In this document: positions 48,726-59,560 of the stretch, piece by piece | How the letters are laid out: the number at the start of each line of letters is the position of its first letter | Position numbering within the stretch: the stretch's first letter is position 1 | Source: Candidatus Latescibacterota bacterium | GTDB taxonomy: Bacteria; Latescibacterota; UBA2968; UBA8231 | Direction of reading: 5' to 3' | NCBI GenBank assembly: GCA_965242865.1 | Contig: CBDETK010000013.1 | Span: 2,688,001 to 2,752,000 of the forward strand | Length of the DNA: 64,000 bases | Notes under the pieces: generated by a model | The model's input: only the letters and a program-made list of their open reading frames with translations | Databases searched by the model: none | Told to the model about the DNA's origin: nothing | Program-made: the position numbers and the translations under genes

Positions 48726-49556
48726 TCAAGACCAGACGTAAATCTCGTCGTCGTCCGGGGACATGGCAAAGAAGATGGCCAGCACCGCTCGGGGCTGGTC
48801 GCCGACGATGGCGGGCACCTCGTGGATGTTTTCGCTAAAGAAAAAGTAGAGGTCGCCGGGTTCGAGCTGCACTTGGACGCGCTCGATGCGCTTGCGGGCG
48901 ACGTAAGCGGCGAATTGCTCGCGTCCCAGATGCGCGGCGAGCGCGGGGCGAAAGGGACAGTTGTACAGATATGGCTCGCCGGTGCCGCCTTCCTTGGTGC
49001 TGTTCTGAAAGCAGAGGACCCCGGCAAACTGGTATTTGAAACGCGCAATTTGGTACTCGAAAGCCCGAGTGCGCTTGGCGACCGAGTCGTAGTGCGGGCC
49101 GTGGCCGGTTTCTCGGTGATAGACGCGGAAGATGGCCGGGCCGTAGAGACGGCCGTCCGGCTCGCGGGCGGTCTGGACCGCTTTGCCGGGCGCCAACTGG
49201 GCGAGGGCGTCGTACAGGGTGCGGACCGGATCGTCATAGCCGCTGAAGAGGGTCTCGAACAACGCCAGCGTCGTGGCCGAGTGGGCGTGGAATGTGTCGC
49301 GGTCGCGGTGGTGATGGCCAAAACTAGTGCCAATGTCAACGCGACGCGCTTGGCCATCGCCGACTGCGTGGGGGTCGTAGAGCAGGCTGCGCTCGTAGAA
49401 GCGCCGCATCAGTGCTCGGCAATGGGCGGGGTTGTAGTGCTGGCGCAGCACAAAGGCCGGCACCTCGCCCCGCGCTAGGGCCATCAGCGGCTCGGGATAC
49501 TGGGCGAGGATTTGCTCGGTCGAGGCTTCGACCGGGATCCAAGGGGCAGAAGTCAT
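48726..49556 (-). CDS. Putative Fe(II)/2OG oxygenase
   Basis: PHYD...PGDLYFF..NIHEV...R; coupled to yejF. Confidence 0.65.
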   Translation of the reverse strand: MTSAPWIPVEASTEQILAQYPEPLMALARGEVPAFVLRQHYNPAHCRALMRRFYERSLLYDPHAVGDGQARRVDIGTSFGHHHRDRDTFHAHSATTLALFETLFSGYDDPVRTLYDALAQLAPGKAVQTAREPDGRLYGPAIFRVYHRETGHGPHYDSVAKRTRAFEYQIARFKYQFAGVLCFQNSTKEGGTGEPYLYNCPFRPALAAHLGREQFAAYVARKRIERVQVQLEPGDLYFFFSENIHEVPAIVGDQPRAVLAIFFAMSPDDDEIYVWS

Positions 49557-51208
49557 GGCGGCAAATTTAAGGGCCGCGTTGGGCCGTGTCCACGCGCCGC
49601 CCCCGCGTCGAGGGCCTCTAGGGCAAAAGCCGCCGCGAACAGCGCCCGCGTATAAGCGGCCTGCGGCGCGGTGAAAATCCGCTGCGCCGGTCCCTGCTCA
49701 ACCACTTGCCCGTCCTTCATCACAATCAGCTCGCTGGCTAGGGCGCGGACCACCTTCAAGTCGTGGCTGATGAACAGGTACGCCAAGCCGTGGCGCTGCT
49801 GGAGCTGGAGCAGCAGCTCGACGATCTGCGCCTGCACCGTTTTGTCCAACGCACTAGTCGGCTCGTCGAGGACGACGAAGCGCGGCTTGAGCACCATGGC
49901 GCGGGCAATGGCGATGCGCTGGCGTTGGCCGCCGGAAAACTCGTGCGGGTAGCGGTCCATCGTGGCCGGGTCCAAGCCGACCTCGGCCATGGCGTCGGCC
50001 ACGAGGTGGCGCCGCTCGGCATACGTCGGACCGATGGCGTGGACCAGCAGCCCCTCTTCGATGATTTGGAACGCTGAAAGCCGCGGGCTTAACGAGGCAA
50101 ACGGGTCTTGGAAAACGATCTGCATCTGCCGGCGCAACGGGCGAATCTCCTTTTGGGACCAGCCCTGTATATCGCGGCCATCGAAGGCGATGGTGCCTTC
50201 GCTGGGTACCAGCCGCAAGAGGGCCTGCCCCAGCGTCGTCTTGCCCGAACCCGATTCGCCGACCACGCCGACCGTCTGCCCGGCGCGTACGCTCAAGGAG
50301 AGGCCATCAACGGCTTTGACGTGTCCCACAGTGCGGCGCAGGAGGCCGCGCTTGATCGCGAAGTGGACTCGGACCTCCTCGGCGTGGACGACAGCGGGCG
50401 CGGTCGCATCAATCTGGGGCGGATCGCCCTGCGGCTCGGCCGCTAGCAGGGTGCGCGTATAGGGGTGCTGGGGGGCGGTGAAGAGGGCCTCCGTGGCGTT
50501 GTGCTCGACGATCTGGCCGGTGCTCATCACATAGACGCGGTCGGCCATCTGGCGGACGATCCCGAGGTCGTGGGTGATCAGCAAAATCGCCATGCCGAAA
50601 CGGGCTTGAAGTGCTCGGAGGAGGGCGAGGATCTGGGCCTGAATGGTCACGTCGAGGGCCGTAGTCGGTTCGTCGGCAATCAGCAGGTCGGGCTCGTTGG
50701 CCAAGGCCATGGCGATCATCACCCGCTGGCGCTGGCCGCCCGAAAGCTGGTGCGGCCAAGCGTCTAGACGCTTCTCAGCGTCGGAAAGCCCGACCAGTTC
50801 CAGCAGCTCTATGGCGCGGGTGCGTGCGGCCGCACGGCTCAGGCCCCGGTGCAGGATGAGCGTCTCGCCCAATTGCTTTTCGATGGAGTGCAGCGGGTTG
50901 AGCGAGGTCATCGGCTCTTGGAAAACCATTGCGACGCGATTGCCGCGCAGCTTTTGCAACCGCGCCGACGCAGCCCCCAACAGCTCCTCGCCATCGAGGC
51001 GGACGCTGCCGTGAGGATGGCTGGCGCGTGGGTAGGGCAACAGTTGCAGCACCGAGAGCGCTGTCGCGGACTTGCCCGAGCCGGATTCGCCGACCAGCGC
51101 CACGGTCTCGCCGCGTTCAATGTGCAGCGAAGCACTGTGTACGGCCTCGACATGGGCACCGGCGACGTGGAAGCGCACGCCCAAGTTTTCGATTGTCAGC
51201 AGGCTCAT
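49553..51208 (-). CDS. yejF: Peptide ABC transporter, fused double ATPase
   Basis: Two GESGSGK and SGGQRQR domains; start at ATG 51208. Confidence 0.9.
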   Translation of the reverse strand: MSLLTIENLGVRFHVAGAHVEAVHSASLHIERGETVALVGESGSGKSATALSVLQLLPYPRASHPHGSVRLDGEELLGAASARLQKLRGNRVAMVFQEPMTSLNPLHSIEKQLGETLILHRGLSRAAARTRAIELLELVGLSDAEKRLDAWPHQLSGGQRQRVMIAMALANEPDLLIADEPTTALDVTIQAQILALLRALQARFGMAILLITHDLGIVRQMADRVYVMSTGQIVEHNATEALFTAPQHPYTRTLLAAEPQGDPPQIDATAPAVVHAEEVRVHFAIKRGLLRRTVGHVKAVDGLSLSVRAGQTVGVVGESGSGKTTLGQALLRLVPSEGTIAFDGRDIQGWSQKEIRPLRRQMQIVFQDPFASLSPRLSAFQIIEEGLLVHAIGPTYAERRHLVADAMAEVGLDPATMDRYPHEFSGGQRQRIAIARAMVLKPRFVVLDEPTSALDKTVQAQIVELLLQLQQRHGLAYLFISHDLKVVRALASELIVMKDGQVVEQGPAQRIFTAPQAAYTRALFAAAFALEALDAGAARGHGPTRPLNLPP

Positions 51209-52293
51209 CGGCCTTCCTCGCCAGCGTAGGTCTTGCGCGGGTCGAACGCGTCGCGGACCGCCTCGCCAATAAAGACCAACAGGGAGAGCATCACCGCCAG
51301 CGCGAAAAAGGCCGTAAAGCCCAGCCACGGCGCTTGGAGGTTGCGCTTGCCCTGATTGAGCAGCTCGCCCAGCGATGGCGAGCCGGGCGGCAGGCCAAAG
51401 CCGAGGAAGTCGAGCGAGGTCAGGACCGCGACCGAGCCGGTGAGCACGAAGGGCAAAAAGGTCAGGGTGGAGACCATGGCGTTGGGCAGCACGTGCCGCC
51501 AGATGATGCGGCGGTTGCTCTGGCCGAGTGCGCGGGCCGCTCTGACGAAGTCGAAATTGCGGGCGCGCAAGAATTCGGCGCGCACAACGCCGACCAAGCC
51601 CATCCAGCGAAACAGCAGCAACAGGCCGAGCAGCCACCAGAAATTCGGCTCCACGACGCTGGCGAGGATGATCAGCAAGTACAGCAGCGGCAAGCCCTGC
51701 CAGATTTCGATAAAGCGCTGAAACAGAAGATCCACCCAGCCGCCGAAATACCCTTGGACCGCGCCGGCGGCAATGCCGATTGCCGCGCTAAAGAGCGTCA
51801 GCAGCAGGCCGAAGAGCACGGAGATGCGGTAGCCGTAGATCATCCGCGCCACCACGTCGCGTGCTTGGTCGTCCGTGCCGAGCCAGTTTTCGGCGTCCGG
51901 TGGGGAAGGGGCCGGATGCTTGAGATCGTAGTTGACCGTGTCGTAGCTGTAGGACACCAGCGGCCACACGATCCAGCCCTTTGCCTCAATTAGCTCCTCG
52001 ACAAAGGGGTCGCGGTATTCGGCCTCGGTTGCGAAGTCGCCGCCAAAGGTCGTTTCGGGGTACGTCGCAAAGACCGGGAAGTAGTAGGTCCCGTCGAAGT
52101 GAACGACCAGCGGGCGGTCGTTGGCGATGAACTCAGCCGGCAAGCTCAGGGCGAAAAGGCCCCAAAAGAGCCAGAAACTCCAAAAGCCGCGGCGGTTGCG
52201 GCGAAAATTGGCAAGTCGGCGTTGATTGAGCCGCGAGATCTGCAAGCCCAGCAAGCGCGGCGGCGGCGACGGAGGGGCGGATACCGCACTCAC
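51205..52293 (-). CDS. yejE: Peptide ABC permease
   Basis: [26 protein letters not shown]. Confidence 0.92.
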   Translation of the reverse strand: MSAVSAPPSPPPRLLGLQISRLNQRRLANFRRNRRGFWSFWLFWGLFALSLPAEFIANDRPLVVHFDGTYYFPVFATYPETTFGGDFATEAEYRDPFVEELIEAKGWIVWPLVSYSYDTVNYDLKHPAPSPPDAENWLGTDDQARDVVARMIYGYRISVLFGLLLTLFSAAIGIAAGAVQGYFGGWVDLLFQRFIEIWQGLPLLYLLIILASVVEPNFWWLLGLLLLFRWMGLVGVVRAEFLRARNFDFVRAARALGQSNRRIIWRHVLPNAMVSTLTFLPFVLTGSVAVLTSLDFLGFGLPPGSPSLGELLNQGKRNLQAPWLGFTAFFALAVMLSLLVFIGEAVRDAFDPRKTYAGEEGR

Positions 52294-53393
52294 GACTCGC
52301 GGCTTTCAAAGTCGATTCGGCGGTCGACCAGCGTGTAAGTCAGATCGCCCACCAACTGCATCAGCATCGCCAGCAACGTGAAGAAGTACAGGGTGGCGAA
52401 CATCACCGGGTAATCGCGGCCAATGGCTGCCTCGTAGCCCAACAAACCCAACCCATCCAACGAGAAGATGATTTCCGTCAACAAGGCGCCGGTGAAGAAG
52501 ATATCGACAAACGCACTGGGGAAGCCGGCGATGACGATCAGCATGGCGTTGCGGAAGACGTGCCCGTAGAGCACCCGGTTTTCGCTCAGACCCTTGGCCC
52601 GGGCGGTGGTGACGTAGAGCTTGTTGATCTCGTCTAGGAAGGAGTTTTTGGTCAGCAAGGTCAGCCCGGCAAAGCCGCCGATGACCATGGCCGCGACCGG
52701 CAACGCCAGATGCCAGAAGTAGTCGGCGACCTTGGCGAGCGGGGTCAGTTCGTCCCAGTTGGCCGAGGTCAGGCCGCGCAGCGGAAACCAGTCGAAGTAC
52801 TGGCCGCCGGCAAAGACCACGATCAGCAGGATGGCAAAGAGGAAGCTGGGGATGGCGTAGCCGACGATGACCAGCCCCGAGGTCCAGACATCGAACCGCG
52901 AGCCATCGCGCACGGCCTTGGCGATCCCGAGGGGAATGGAGACAAAATAGACCAGCAACGTGGTCCACAGCCCCAGCGAAATCGACACCGGCATCTTCTC
53001 TTTGACTAGGTCGATGACCCGCTGATCGCGGTAAAAGCTCTCGCCGAATTCAAAGCGCACATACTGGCCGATCATCTGCAAGAAACGCTCGGGAGCTGGC
53101 TTGTCGAAACCGTACATGCGCTCTAGCTCGGCGATCAATTCGGGATCGAGCCCTTGGGCCCCTCGGTATTTGCTATGGAGCTCGCCGCCCTGCACCGCGT
53201 CGATGTCGAGGGTTTCTCCAGCGTCCGAGCCGCTGACCCGCTCGGTAGCGTCCGTCCCAAAGCCCTGAAGCACCGCGATCGTGCGCTCGACCGGCCCGCC
53301 CGGTGCCGCTTGAATGATGAGGAAGTTGATGGTCATAATGCCCAAGATGGTCGGCACCATCAGCAGCAAGCGGCGGAGAATGTACGTGCCCAT
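52290..53393 (-). CDS. yejB: Peptide ABC permease
   Basis: [30 protein letters not shown]. Confidence 0.92.
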   Translation of the reverse strand: MGTYILRRLLLMVPTILGIMTINFLIIQAAPGGPVERTIAVLQGFGTDATERVSGSDAGETLDIDAVQGGELHSKYRGAQGLDPELIAELERMYGFDKPAPERFLQMIGQYVRFEFGESFYRDQRVIDLVKEKMPVSISLGLWTTLLVYFVSIPLGIAKAVRDGSRFDVWTSGLVIVGYAIPSFLFAILLIVVFAGGQYFDWFPLRGLTSANWDELTPLAKVADYFWHLALPVAAMVIGGFAGLTLLTKNSFLDEINKLYVTTARAKGLSENRVLYGHVFRNAMLIVIAGFPSAFVDIFFTGALLTEIIFSLDGLGLLGYEAAIGRDYPVMFATLYFFTLLAMLMQLVGDLTYTLVDRRIDFESRES

Positions 53394-53403
53394 AAAAGGT
53401 GGG

Positions 53404-55236
53404 CTAACGGTCCTGTTCGAGCCGTGCGGCCTTTGCTGCGTCGTACCACCAAGTGTCGGGAAAGCCCAGCCCATTGGGGGCCGGCTTTGGCAGCCGACCG
53501 AACTTGTTCCAGTAGGCCAAGCGATAGGAGCGGCTGTGCGAGTTGGGGATTACGTAGTGCCCCCAGAGCAAGATGCGGTCGAGGGCATGGGTTATTGCGA
53601 CTTGGGTCGGGCGGTCGGGCGCGGCGATTTGGTGCTCGATTAGCTCGTCGATGACCGGATCGGCGATGCCCGCGTAGTTGCGGCTGCCCGCAGATTGCGC
53701 GGCCGTACTCGACCAGAAGTTGCGCTGCTCGTTGCCCGGACTCAAGGTCTGACGCCACGAGGCCGCGATGATGTCGAAATCGAAGTCTTGGACGCGATTT
53801 TGGTATTGGGCCGCGTCCACGGTGCGGATGGTCGCCTCAATGCCGAGGCGTTTGAGGTTTTGCACGAGTGGGCTGAGGACGCGCTCGTACGACGAGGAGC
53901 CGAGCAGGAATTCAAAGCGCATTCTCTCGCCCGTCTCCGCGTGGACCAGCTTCCCAGCGACGACGGTCCAACCGGCTTCGGCGAGCAGTTTTTTGGCCGT
54001 GCGTAGGTTTTGGCGGAGCTGGCCCGAGCCGTTGGTCGCTGGCGGCGCGTAGGCCGCGGTGAACACCTCGTCGGGGATCCGCCCCCGGTACTCCGCCAAA
54101 ATTTTCAACTCCCGCCCCGCCGGCCGCCCCGACGCCCCAAGGTCCGAGTTCCCCCAATAGCTGGTGCTGCGGGTGAGCAGGCCGTAGAACAGGTTCTTGT
54201 TGGTCCATTCAAAGTCGTAGGCGTAGGCGAGTGCCTGCCGCACCTTGGGGTCCTTGAACTTGGCGCGCCGGGTGTTGAACGCAAAGCCCGACATGCCGCG
54301 GATGAGTTGGTGTGGAAGCTGCACCCGGATCACGCGCCCCTCGCCGATCGGCGCGAAATTTTCGTAGGCGGTGGCCCACTCCTTGGTATTGCCCACCAGG
54401 CGACAGTCGTACGCTCCCGTCTTAAAGGCTTCGATGGCCACCGTTTGGTCTCGGTAGTAATCGTAGCGGATGCGGTCGAAGTTGTGCCGGCCCTTGTGAA
54501 CGGGCAGGTCGCGGCCCCAGTAGGAAGCGACGCGCTCATAAGTAATTGAGCGGCCCGGCTCAAATTCGACGATCTGGTACGGCCCGCTGCCCAGCGGCGG
54601 CTCGAGCGTGGTGGCCGCGAATTCGCGCCCTTCCCAATAGTGCTTGGGCAATACGCGCAACTGGCCGATGATCAGCGGCATTTCGCGGTTGGTGCCCTGT
54701 TTGAACGCGAACTTCACCCGACGCTCGTCGAGCGCGAAGACGGTGTCGACGTCGGCGTAGAAGGTGCGAAAGAACGGGATGCCCTTAGTGGTGAGGATTT
54801 CAAAGCTGAAGACCACGTCGGCCGCGGTCACCGGGACGCCATCGTGCCAGTGCGCTTCGGGATGGAGCTCAAAGACGACCCAAGAGCGGTCTTCCGGTAG
54901 CTGGATCTGCGCGGCGAGTTGGCCGTATTCGGTGAACGGCTCGTCCTGGGACTTGGTGCAGAGCCGGTTGTAGAGCATCAGCGAACCGGCCGCGGCGACC
55001 CCCTTGAGGGTAAAGGGGTTGAGGTTGTCGTAGGTGCCGATAGCGGCGAGGCGGATTTCGCCGCCTTTGAGGGCGTCGGGATTGACGTAGTCGAAGTGGG
55101 TAAAATCAGGGCCGTATTTGGGGTCGCCGTAGAGCGTGATGGCGTGGGTGCGGGAAACGGGGCTGTCGGTGGCGTCTGCAACCGAGGCGAGAGTAACGCA
55201 GAGAACCAGTGAGCGCACGGTCCACATGAAAATCAT
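53404..55236 (-). CDS. yejA: Peptide ABC substrate-binding protein
   Basis: PKY...[28 protein letters not shown]. Confidence 0.92.
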   Translation of the reverse strand: MIFMWTVRSLVLCVTLASVADATDSPVSRTHAITLYGDPKYGPDFTHFDYVNPDALKGGEIRLAAIGTYDNLNPFTLKGVAAAGSLMLYNRLCTKSQDEPFTEYGQLAAQIQLPEDRSWVVFELHPEAHWHDGVPVTAADVVFSFEILTTKGIPFFRTFYADVDTVFALDERRVKFAFKQGTNREMPLIIGQLRVLPKHYWEGREFAATTLEPPLGSGPYQIVEFEPGRSITYERVASYWGRDLPVHKGRHNFDRIRYDYYRDQTVAIEAFKTGAYDCRLVGNTKEWATAYENFAPIGEGRVIRVQLPHQLIRGMSGFAFNTRRAKFKDPKVRQALAYAYDFEWTNKNLFYGLLTRSTSYWGNSDLGASGRPAGRELKILAEYRGRIPDEVFTAAYAPPATNGSGQLRQNLRTAKKLLAEAGWTVVAGKLVHAETGERMRFEFLLGSSSYERVLSPLVQNLKRLGIEATIRTVDAAQYQNRVQDFDFDIIAASWRQTLSPGNEQRNFWSSTAAQSAGSRNYAGIADPVIDELIEHQIAAPDRPTQVAITHALDRILLWGHYVIPNSHSRSYRLAYWNKFGRLPKPAPNGLGFPDTWWYDAAKAARLEQDR

Positions 55237-55506
55237 CCGTCTAGTGTGAGGGTGATAAAACGGAAAATCGAGTGAAATTAGGCCCACAAAATTAACCAGA
55301 AAAGGCATTTACGGCCACCGACGCCGATTGGCCGGAGCGCGGGCCTTGTCTATCTTGACGCGGAGAGGCGGCTTAGGCGTTGACGGGGTTCTACCATGCC
55401 GCTAGCTTCGGATTCGCCCTTTGGGCTGTCCACTGCCAACGCAACTCAATGTATCAATTCGGGGACTGAGGAACTCTCCTTCCCAACAAAGTGAAGTGAG
55501 AAATAC

Positions 55507-56265
55507 ATGAACGCGAGCCAGCCAGAGCTTGATTTTGGCATGAGCGAGAGCAGGACCCCGTCTGGCCGAAAAAGCCCAGCCGGAAACGCCACGACAAACC
55601 TAGTCTTCTCCGCGTACGTCGGAAATAACGCGGATGTGTTCCCGGTTGTTTTAAGGCTGCACATTGAGGAGGGGGCCAAAATCGCCGATGTGACATTTGG
55701 CAAGGGCGTCTTCTGGCGCAACATCGACACTTCAAAGTACGACTTGCATCCATCGGATATTGCCGATGGCACAGACTGTCGCAATCTCCCATACAAAAGC
55801 GAGTCATTCGATGCACTCGTCCTCGACCCGCCCTACATGGAAGGGTTCTTCCGCAGCGGTAACGCGATCAAAGCAGGCGCGGGGACGCACAATGCCTTCA
55901 GAGACCACTATTCCAACGGACATGAGGCCCCAAAGCGTGGCGGCGGGCGGTGGCATGCTGCGGTTGTAGAACTCTACGAGGAGAGCGGTCGCGAGGCCCA
56001 CCGAGTGTTGCGCGACCGAGGCGTATTGATCGTAAAGTGCCAAGATGAAGTCAGCGCGAATCGCCAGAACCTGACCCACGTTGAGATCATCAACGCCTAC
56101 GCCGCGCTCGGGTTCTTCTGCAAAGACCTATTCGTTGTCGTTCGCCCAAACAAGCCTGGAATGAGTCGCGTTCTCAAACAGGTCCACGCGAGAAAGAACC
56201 ATTCCTACTTTCTCGTATTCGTAAAAGTTCCCAAAGGAAAGACCGCGGATCAGCTGCGCTTCTGA
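55507..56265 (+). CDS. Amino (N4C/N6A) DNA methyltransferase
   Basis: DVTFGKG motif I, LDPPY motif IV, RVL...G.LIVKCQD. Confidence 0.85.
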   Translation: MNASQPELDFGMSESRTPSGRKSPAGNATTNLVFSAYVGNNADVFPVVLRLHIEEGAKIADVTFGKGVFWRNIDTSKYDLHPSDIADGTDCRNLPYKSESFDALVLDPPYMEGFFRSGNAIKAGAGTHNAFRDHYSNGHEAPKRGGGRWHAAVVELYEESGREAHRVLRDRGVLIVKCQDEVSANRQNLTHVEIINAYAALGFFCKDLFVVVRPNKPGMSRVLKQVHARKNHSYFLVFVKVPKGKTADQLRF

Positions 56266-56843
56266 ATGATTTCGTTCATAAGCGTGAACGGCTCGTCGTG
56301 GAATGGCGGTCTCGGGGGCCAATGGACGGTTACGAGGGTCGCCAAAAGGTGCTGGCGTTGGTATGGGCTATACCGCCGATAACCTGACGTGGGAAGATCA
56401 GAGTTTTTGGCGAAGACAAACCGCCACTTCTCTTCAAACGCAAATACGTTGACCGCGAGAATATCGAACTCCCCCTTTCGCAGACAAGTGGTCGTTACGC
56501 GGCTGTTGTCTGGAAGCACTATCTCCCGACGATCACTTGCATCGACTTGGGCCTTTCCTACCCATTCTTCTTGGAGTTTCTCAATCGTCGCGCTTTGAAG
56601 CGATTTCGATTCAAAAATGAACTCCTGTCCCTTGTACCGGATAACTCGGTCGCCCTTCTTCTTTCTATCGTGATCATCGTACTTGGTGACTTCTGAAACG
56701 TCGTCGCCCGACAGCCAGAGCTTTTCGAGCTTGAGTTCTGCCAAGTACCCCAGAATCATGCCGCGAAGACTAGGATTGTCCTCTACCAGCTTCGTAAGCT
56801 CCTCTGGGGTCATATCCCATCTGTCGAGAATCGTTGCGGGCAT
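56250..56843 (-). CDS. Putative type II restriction endonuclease
   Basis: E...GD...FESK PD-(D/E)XK-like pattern; convergent with and overlapping the MTase. Confidence 0.65.
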   Translation of the reverse strand: MPATILDRWDMTPEELTKLVEDNPSLRGMILGYLAELKLEKLWLSGDDVSEVTKYDDHDRKKKGDRVIRYKGQEFIFESKSLQSATIEKLQEEWVGKAQVDASDRREIVLPDNSRVTTTCLRKGEFDILAVNVFAFEEKWRFVFAKNSDLPTSGYRRYSPYQRQHLLATLVTVHWPPRPPFHDEPFTLMNEIIQKRS

Positions 56844-56859
56844 ATTGTCGCGGAAAGCG

Positions 56860-57942
56860 CTAGACCGAAGGCAATTTCGGCGCGACTTGGTTGGCGAGTA
56901 GGTCCATTGAGCGCTCCCAGAGCGGGCGGTCGTCCCAGTCGTGGGCGATCATCAGCAGCGTGTCGAAGCCGCCGGTCGTCTCCCACAAGAGCTCTAGCTG
57001 GCTTACGCACGACGGTACGTCGCCTATGACGCACAGATTCTCGATCAGATACTTGGGCGTGACCTCCTCGTCGGGAACCGCTGGGTCGTGCTTGGTAATG
57101 TGGAGCATTTTGGCACCGCTGAGCACGGCAATCAGGTATTCAAAGGCGCGGTAGAAAGCACTGCTCTCGTCGAGGGCGTAGTCCCAAGCACGCGCTGGGT
57201 CATCGGCGACGAGGATGCTGCGCGAGATGCGCCAGCGGGTGCGCTCGGGTGCCGGTAGCCCGGCCTCGGTGGCACCCGCGCTGTAGGTCTGCCAGTGCTG
57301 GGTCAACGTCGAAGGCGCGACGAGGTTGGTGCTAATGGGCAGATAGCCCCGCTGGCCGGCCATGGTCGCGGCCATGGAGTCGCCTTTTATCACGCTCATA
57401 CCAATGGGCGGGTGCGGGTGCTGATAGGGCTTGAGCAGTTGGCCGATGCCGAGCTCGGGTTGCGGCTCCTCAATTTTGATGCGGTAGAAATTCCCGGCAA
57501 AGTCAAAAGGGGCCTCCGCCTGCCAGAGCTTGAGGACCAGGTCGATACTCTCAATGGTCATCAGCCCTTGCGTCTTGGGATCGGGCAGATCAAAAAGGCC
57601 CCAATCGGTCGCGACGCCACCTTGGCCAAAGCCGCAGTTGAAGCGGCCCTTAGACAGGTGGTCGAGAAAGGCCAAGCGCACGGCCACATTGACCGGGTGG
57701 TGCTGCGGCATGATGGAGACGCCGGTGCCTAAACGGATGGTTTGCGTCAGGGGCAAAACGTGGGCGATGAAGAGATCGTTGGACGGGATCGGCTCCCAAG
57801 CCACGGTGTGATGCTGGCCGACCCAAGCTTCGGTGAAGCCGAGCCGATCGGCGCGGACGACGAACTCGACGTCCTCGGCAAAGCATTCGGTGCGGTCCTT
57901 TTCCGGCGGATGCAAGGGCATCATAAAGGTGCCGAGTTTCAT
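56860..57942 (-). CDS. Luciferase-like (LLM) flavin-dependent oxidoreductase
   Basis: KLGTFMMP, ADRLGF..WVGQHH, IRLGTG, DHLSKGR. Confidence 0.9.
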   Translation of the reverse strand: MKLGTFMMPLHPPEKDRTECFAEDVEFVVRADRLGFTEAWVGQHHTVAWEPIPSNDLFIAHVLPLTQTIRLGTGVSIMPQHHPVNVAVRLAFLDHLSKGRFNCGFGQGGVATDWGLFDLPDPKTQGLMTIESIDLVLKLWQAEAPFDFAGNFYRIKIEEPQPELGIGQLLKPYQHPHPPIGMSVIKGDSMAATMAGQRGYLPISTNLVAPSTLTQHWQTYSAGATEAGLPAPERTRWRISRSILVADDPARAWDYALDESSAFYRAFEYLIAVLSGAKMLHITKHDPAVPDEEVTPKYLIENLCVIGDVPSCVSQLELLWETTGGFDTLLMIAHDWDDRPLWERSMDLLANQVAPKLPSV

Positions 57943-57985
57943 GGTCATTCTCCTTATCGGGCCATGTAAGCGCGGTTTTTTTCGA

Positions 57986-59320
57986 TCAATATCCCAATTC
58001 CCGCTCCACTTCTCCAACCACGTCCGCGATCACTTGGGCGATTTCTTCGACCTGTTCTTCGCCAATGATAAAGGGCGGACTAATGGCAATGTGGTCGCCG
58101 CTGACGCCGTCGATTAACCCGGGCGACCCGGGCATGATGAGTACGCCTTTGGCAAAGGCGCGATTGACGACCGCGGCCGACACGCCCTGCGCGGGATCGA
58201 AGGGAGTGTGAGTTGCCTTGTCCTTGGCGAACTCTACGCCGGTGAGCAAGCCCTTGCCGCGCACGGCGCTGACAATGGGCGAGTCCATTAGCGGCAGCAT
58301 CTTTTTCAGCATTAGGTCGCCCATCTGGGCGCAGCGAGCGACTAAGTCGTGGGCTTGGATGTAGTCCTGCACGGCGAGCGCAACGGCGCAAGAAAGCGGA
58401 TTGCCGCCGTAGGTGTGCCCGTGGACATAGTGGTTTTGTCGTTTATAGATTCCATCGTAGATCTCGTCGCGGACTAGGGTCGCGGCAATCGGGGTGTACC
58501 CGCTGCTGAGGCCCTTGCCGGTGGCCATGATGTCTGGAACAGCGTCCCAGTGCTCAATGCCAAAGTTGAGGCCCGTGCGCCCGTAGCCGGTGACGACCTC
58601 GTCGATGATCATCAGGATGTTGTAGCGGTCGCATATCGCGCGGATGGTGGGGAAGTAGTCGGGCGGCGGCATGAGGCCGCAGCAAGAAGTGCCCGAGATG
58701 GGTTCGGCGATGAAGGCGGCGATGTACTCGCTGCCCTCCTGTTGGATGACCCGCTCCAGTTCTTGGGCGCAGGCGAGCGTACAGGCGGGGCGATCGCGGC
58801 AGTACGGGCAGTGGTTGGGGTGGGGGAAGGCGATGTGCGGAAAGTTGAGCAGATAGGGCACGTAATCCTCGCGCCACGTGGAACGGCCCGACATGGAAAG
58901 CGCGCCGATGGTATTGCCGTGCCAGCTCTGCCAGCGGGTGATGACTTTGTACTTTTTTGGGTGGCCGGTCTCGACGTGGTACTTGCGGGCGATCTTGAGC
59001 GCGGCCTCCGTGGCTTCGGAGCCGCCGGAGACGAAGAAGACGCGGTTGAGATCGCCGGGGGCCATGGCGGCGATTTTGTCGGCGAGGTCGATTTGCGGTT
59101 GGGTGAGGAAGCGGGCGTAGGTAAAGCAGACCTTGTTGGCCTGCTCCTGCATGACCTCGGCGATCTCCGGGACGCCGTGCCCGATGGAAACCACGTGGAC
59201 GCCAGCGCAGGCGTCGAGGTACGCGCGGCCGTCTTCGGCGTAGAGATAGCAGGCTTTGCCGTGGGAGATTTGCGGCCAGTTGTCGGTAATGACGCGGTGG
59301 AAAATGCGGTCGGTAGTCAT
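57986..59320 (-). CDS. Class III PLP aminotransferase
   Basis: SGGSEA, WHG, FIAEP, DEVVTGYGRTG, GKG, GHTY. Confidence 0.93.
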   Translation of the reverse strand: MTTDRIFHRVITDNWPQISHGKACYLYAEDGRAYLDACAGVHVVSIGHGVPEIAEVMQEQANKVCFTYARFLTQPQIDLADKIAAMAPGDLNRVFFVSGGSEATEAALKIARKYHVETGHPKKYKVITRWQSWHGNTIGALSMSGRSTWREDYVPYLLNFPHIAFPHPNHCPYCRDRPACTLACAQELERVIQQEGSEYIAAFIAEPISGTSCCGLMPPPDYFPTIRAICDRYNILMIIDEVVTGYGRTGLNFGIEHWDAVPDIMATGKGLSSGYTPIAATLVRDEIYDGIYKRQNHYVHGHTYGGNPLSCAVALAVQDYIQAHDLVARCAQMGDLMLKKMLPLMDSPIVSAVRGKGLLTGVEFAKDKATHTPFDPAQGVSAAVVNRAFAKGVLIMPGSPGLIDGVSGDHIAISPPFIIGEEQVEEIAQVIADVVGEVERELGY

Positions 59321-59484
59321 GCGTGGTCGTCCTTTTGCTTGGCAGTGAATACGGCAGAGACGCTTTTGGTTGGGGGGCAAGTATAACGACGGTGGACTTT
59401 GCAAACAACGCCGATTGCTCTAATTCTTGGTTCCAAGCAGATTAAAGCCGATGACCTAAGTGCGCGACCCGTACTTTGCGTCCG

Positions 59485-59511
59485 GGGTCGAGGGCGGGAC
59501 GCCCTCGACCC
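59485..59511. repeat. Perfect 12-bp hairpin (REP-like)
   Basis: GGGTCGAGGGCG-GGA-CGCCCTCGACCC in the intergenic region before the TBDR. Confidence 0.6.
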
Positions 59512-59560
59512 GTGGAACGCTAGAGTTGGTGTCGTGTAGTCCTGTGAGGGGGAGCAAAAA

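Noticed and set aside
55300-55500. tRNA or att site next to the R-M pair
   Set aside because: No cloverleaf, T-loop motif or flanking direct repeat found by eye
59400-59560. Cobalamin or other riboswitch before the TBDR
   Set aside because: Only a single GC hairpin; no conserved riboswitch boxes recognised
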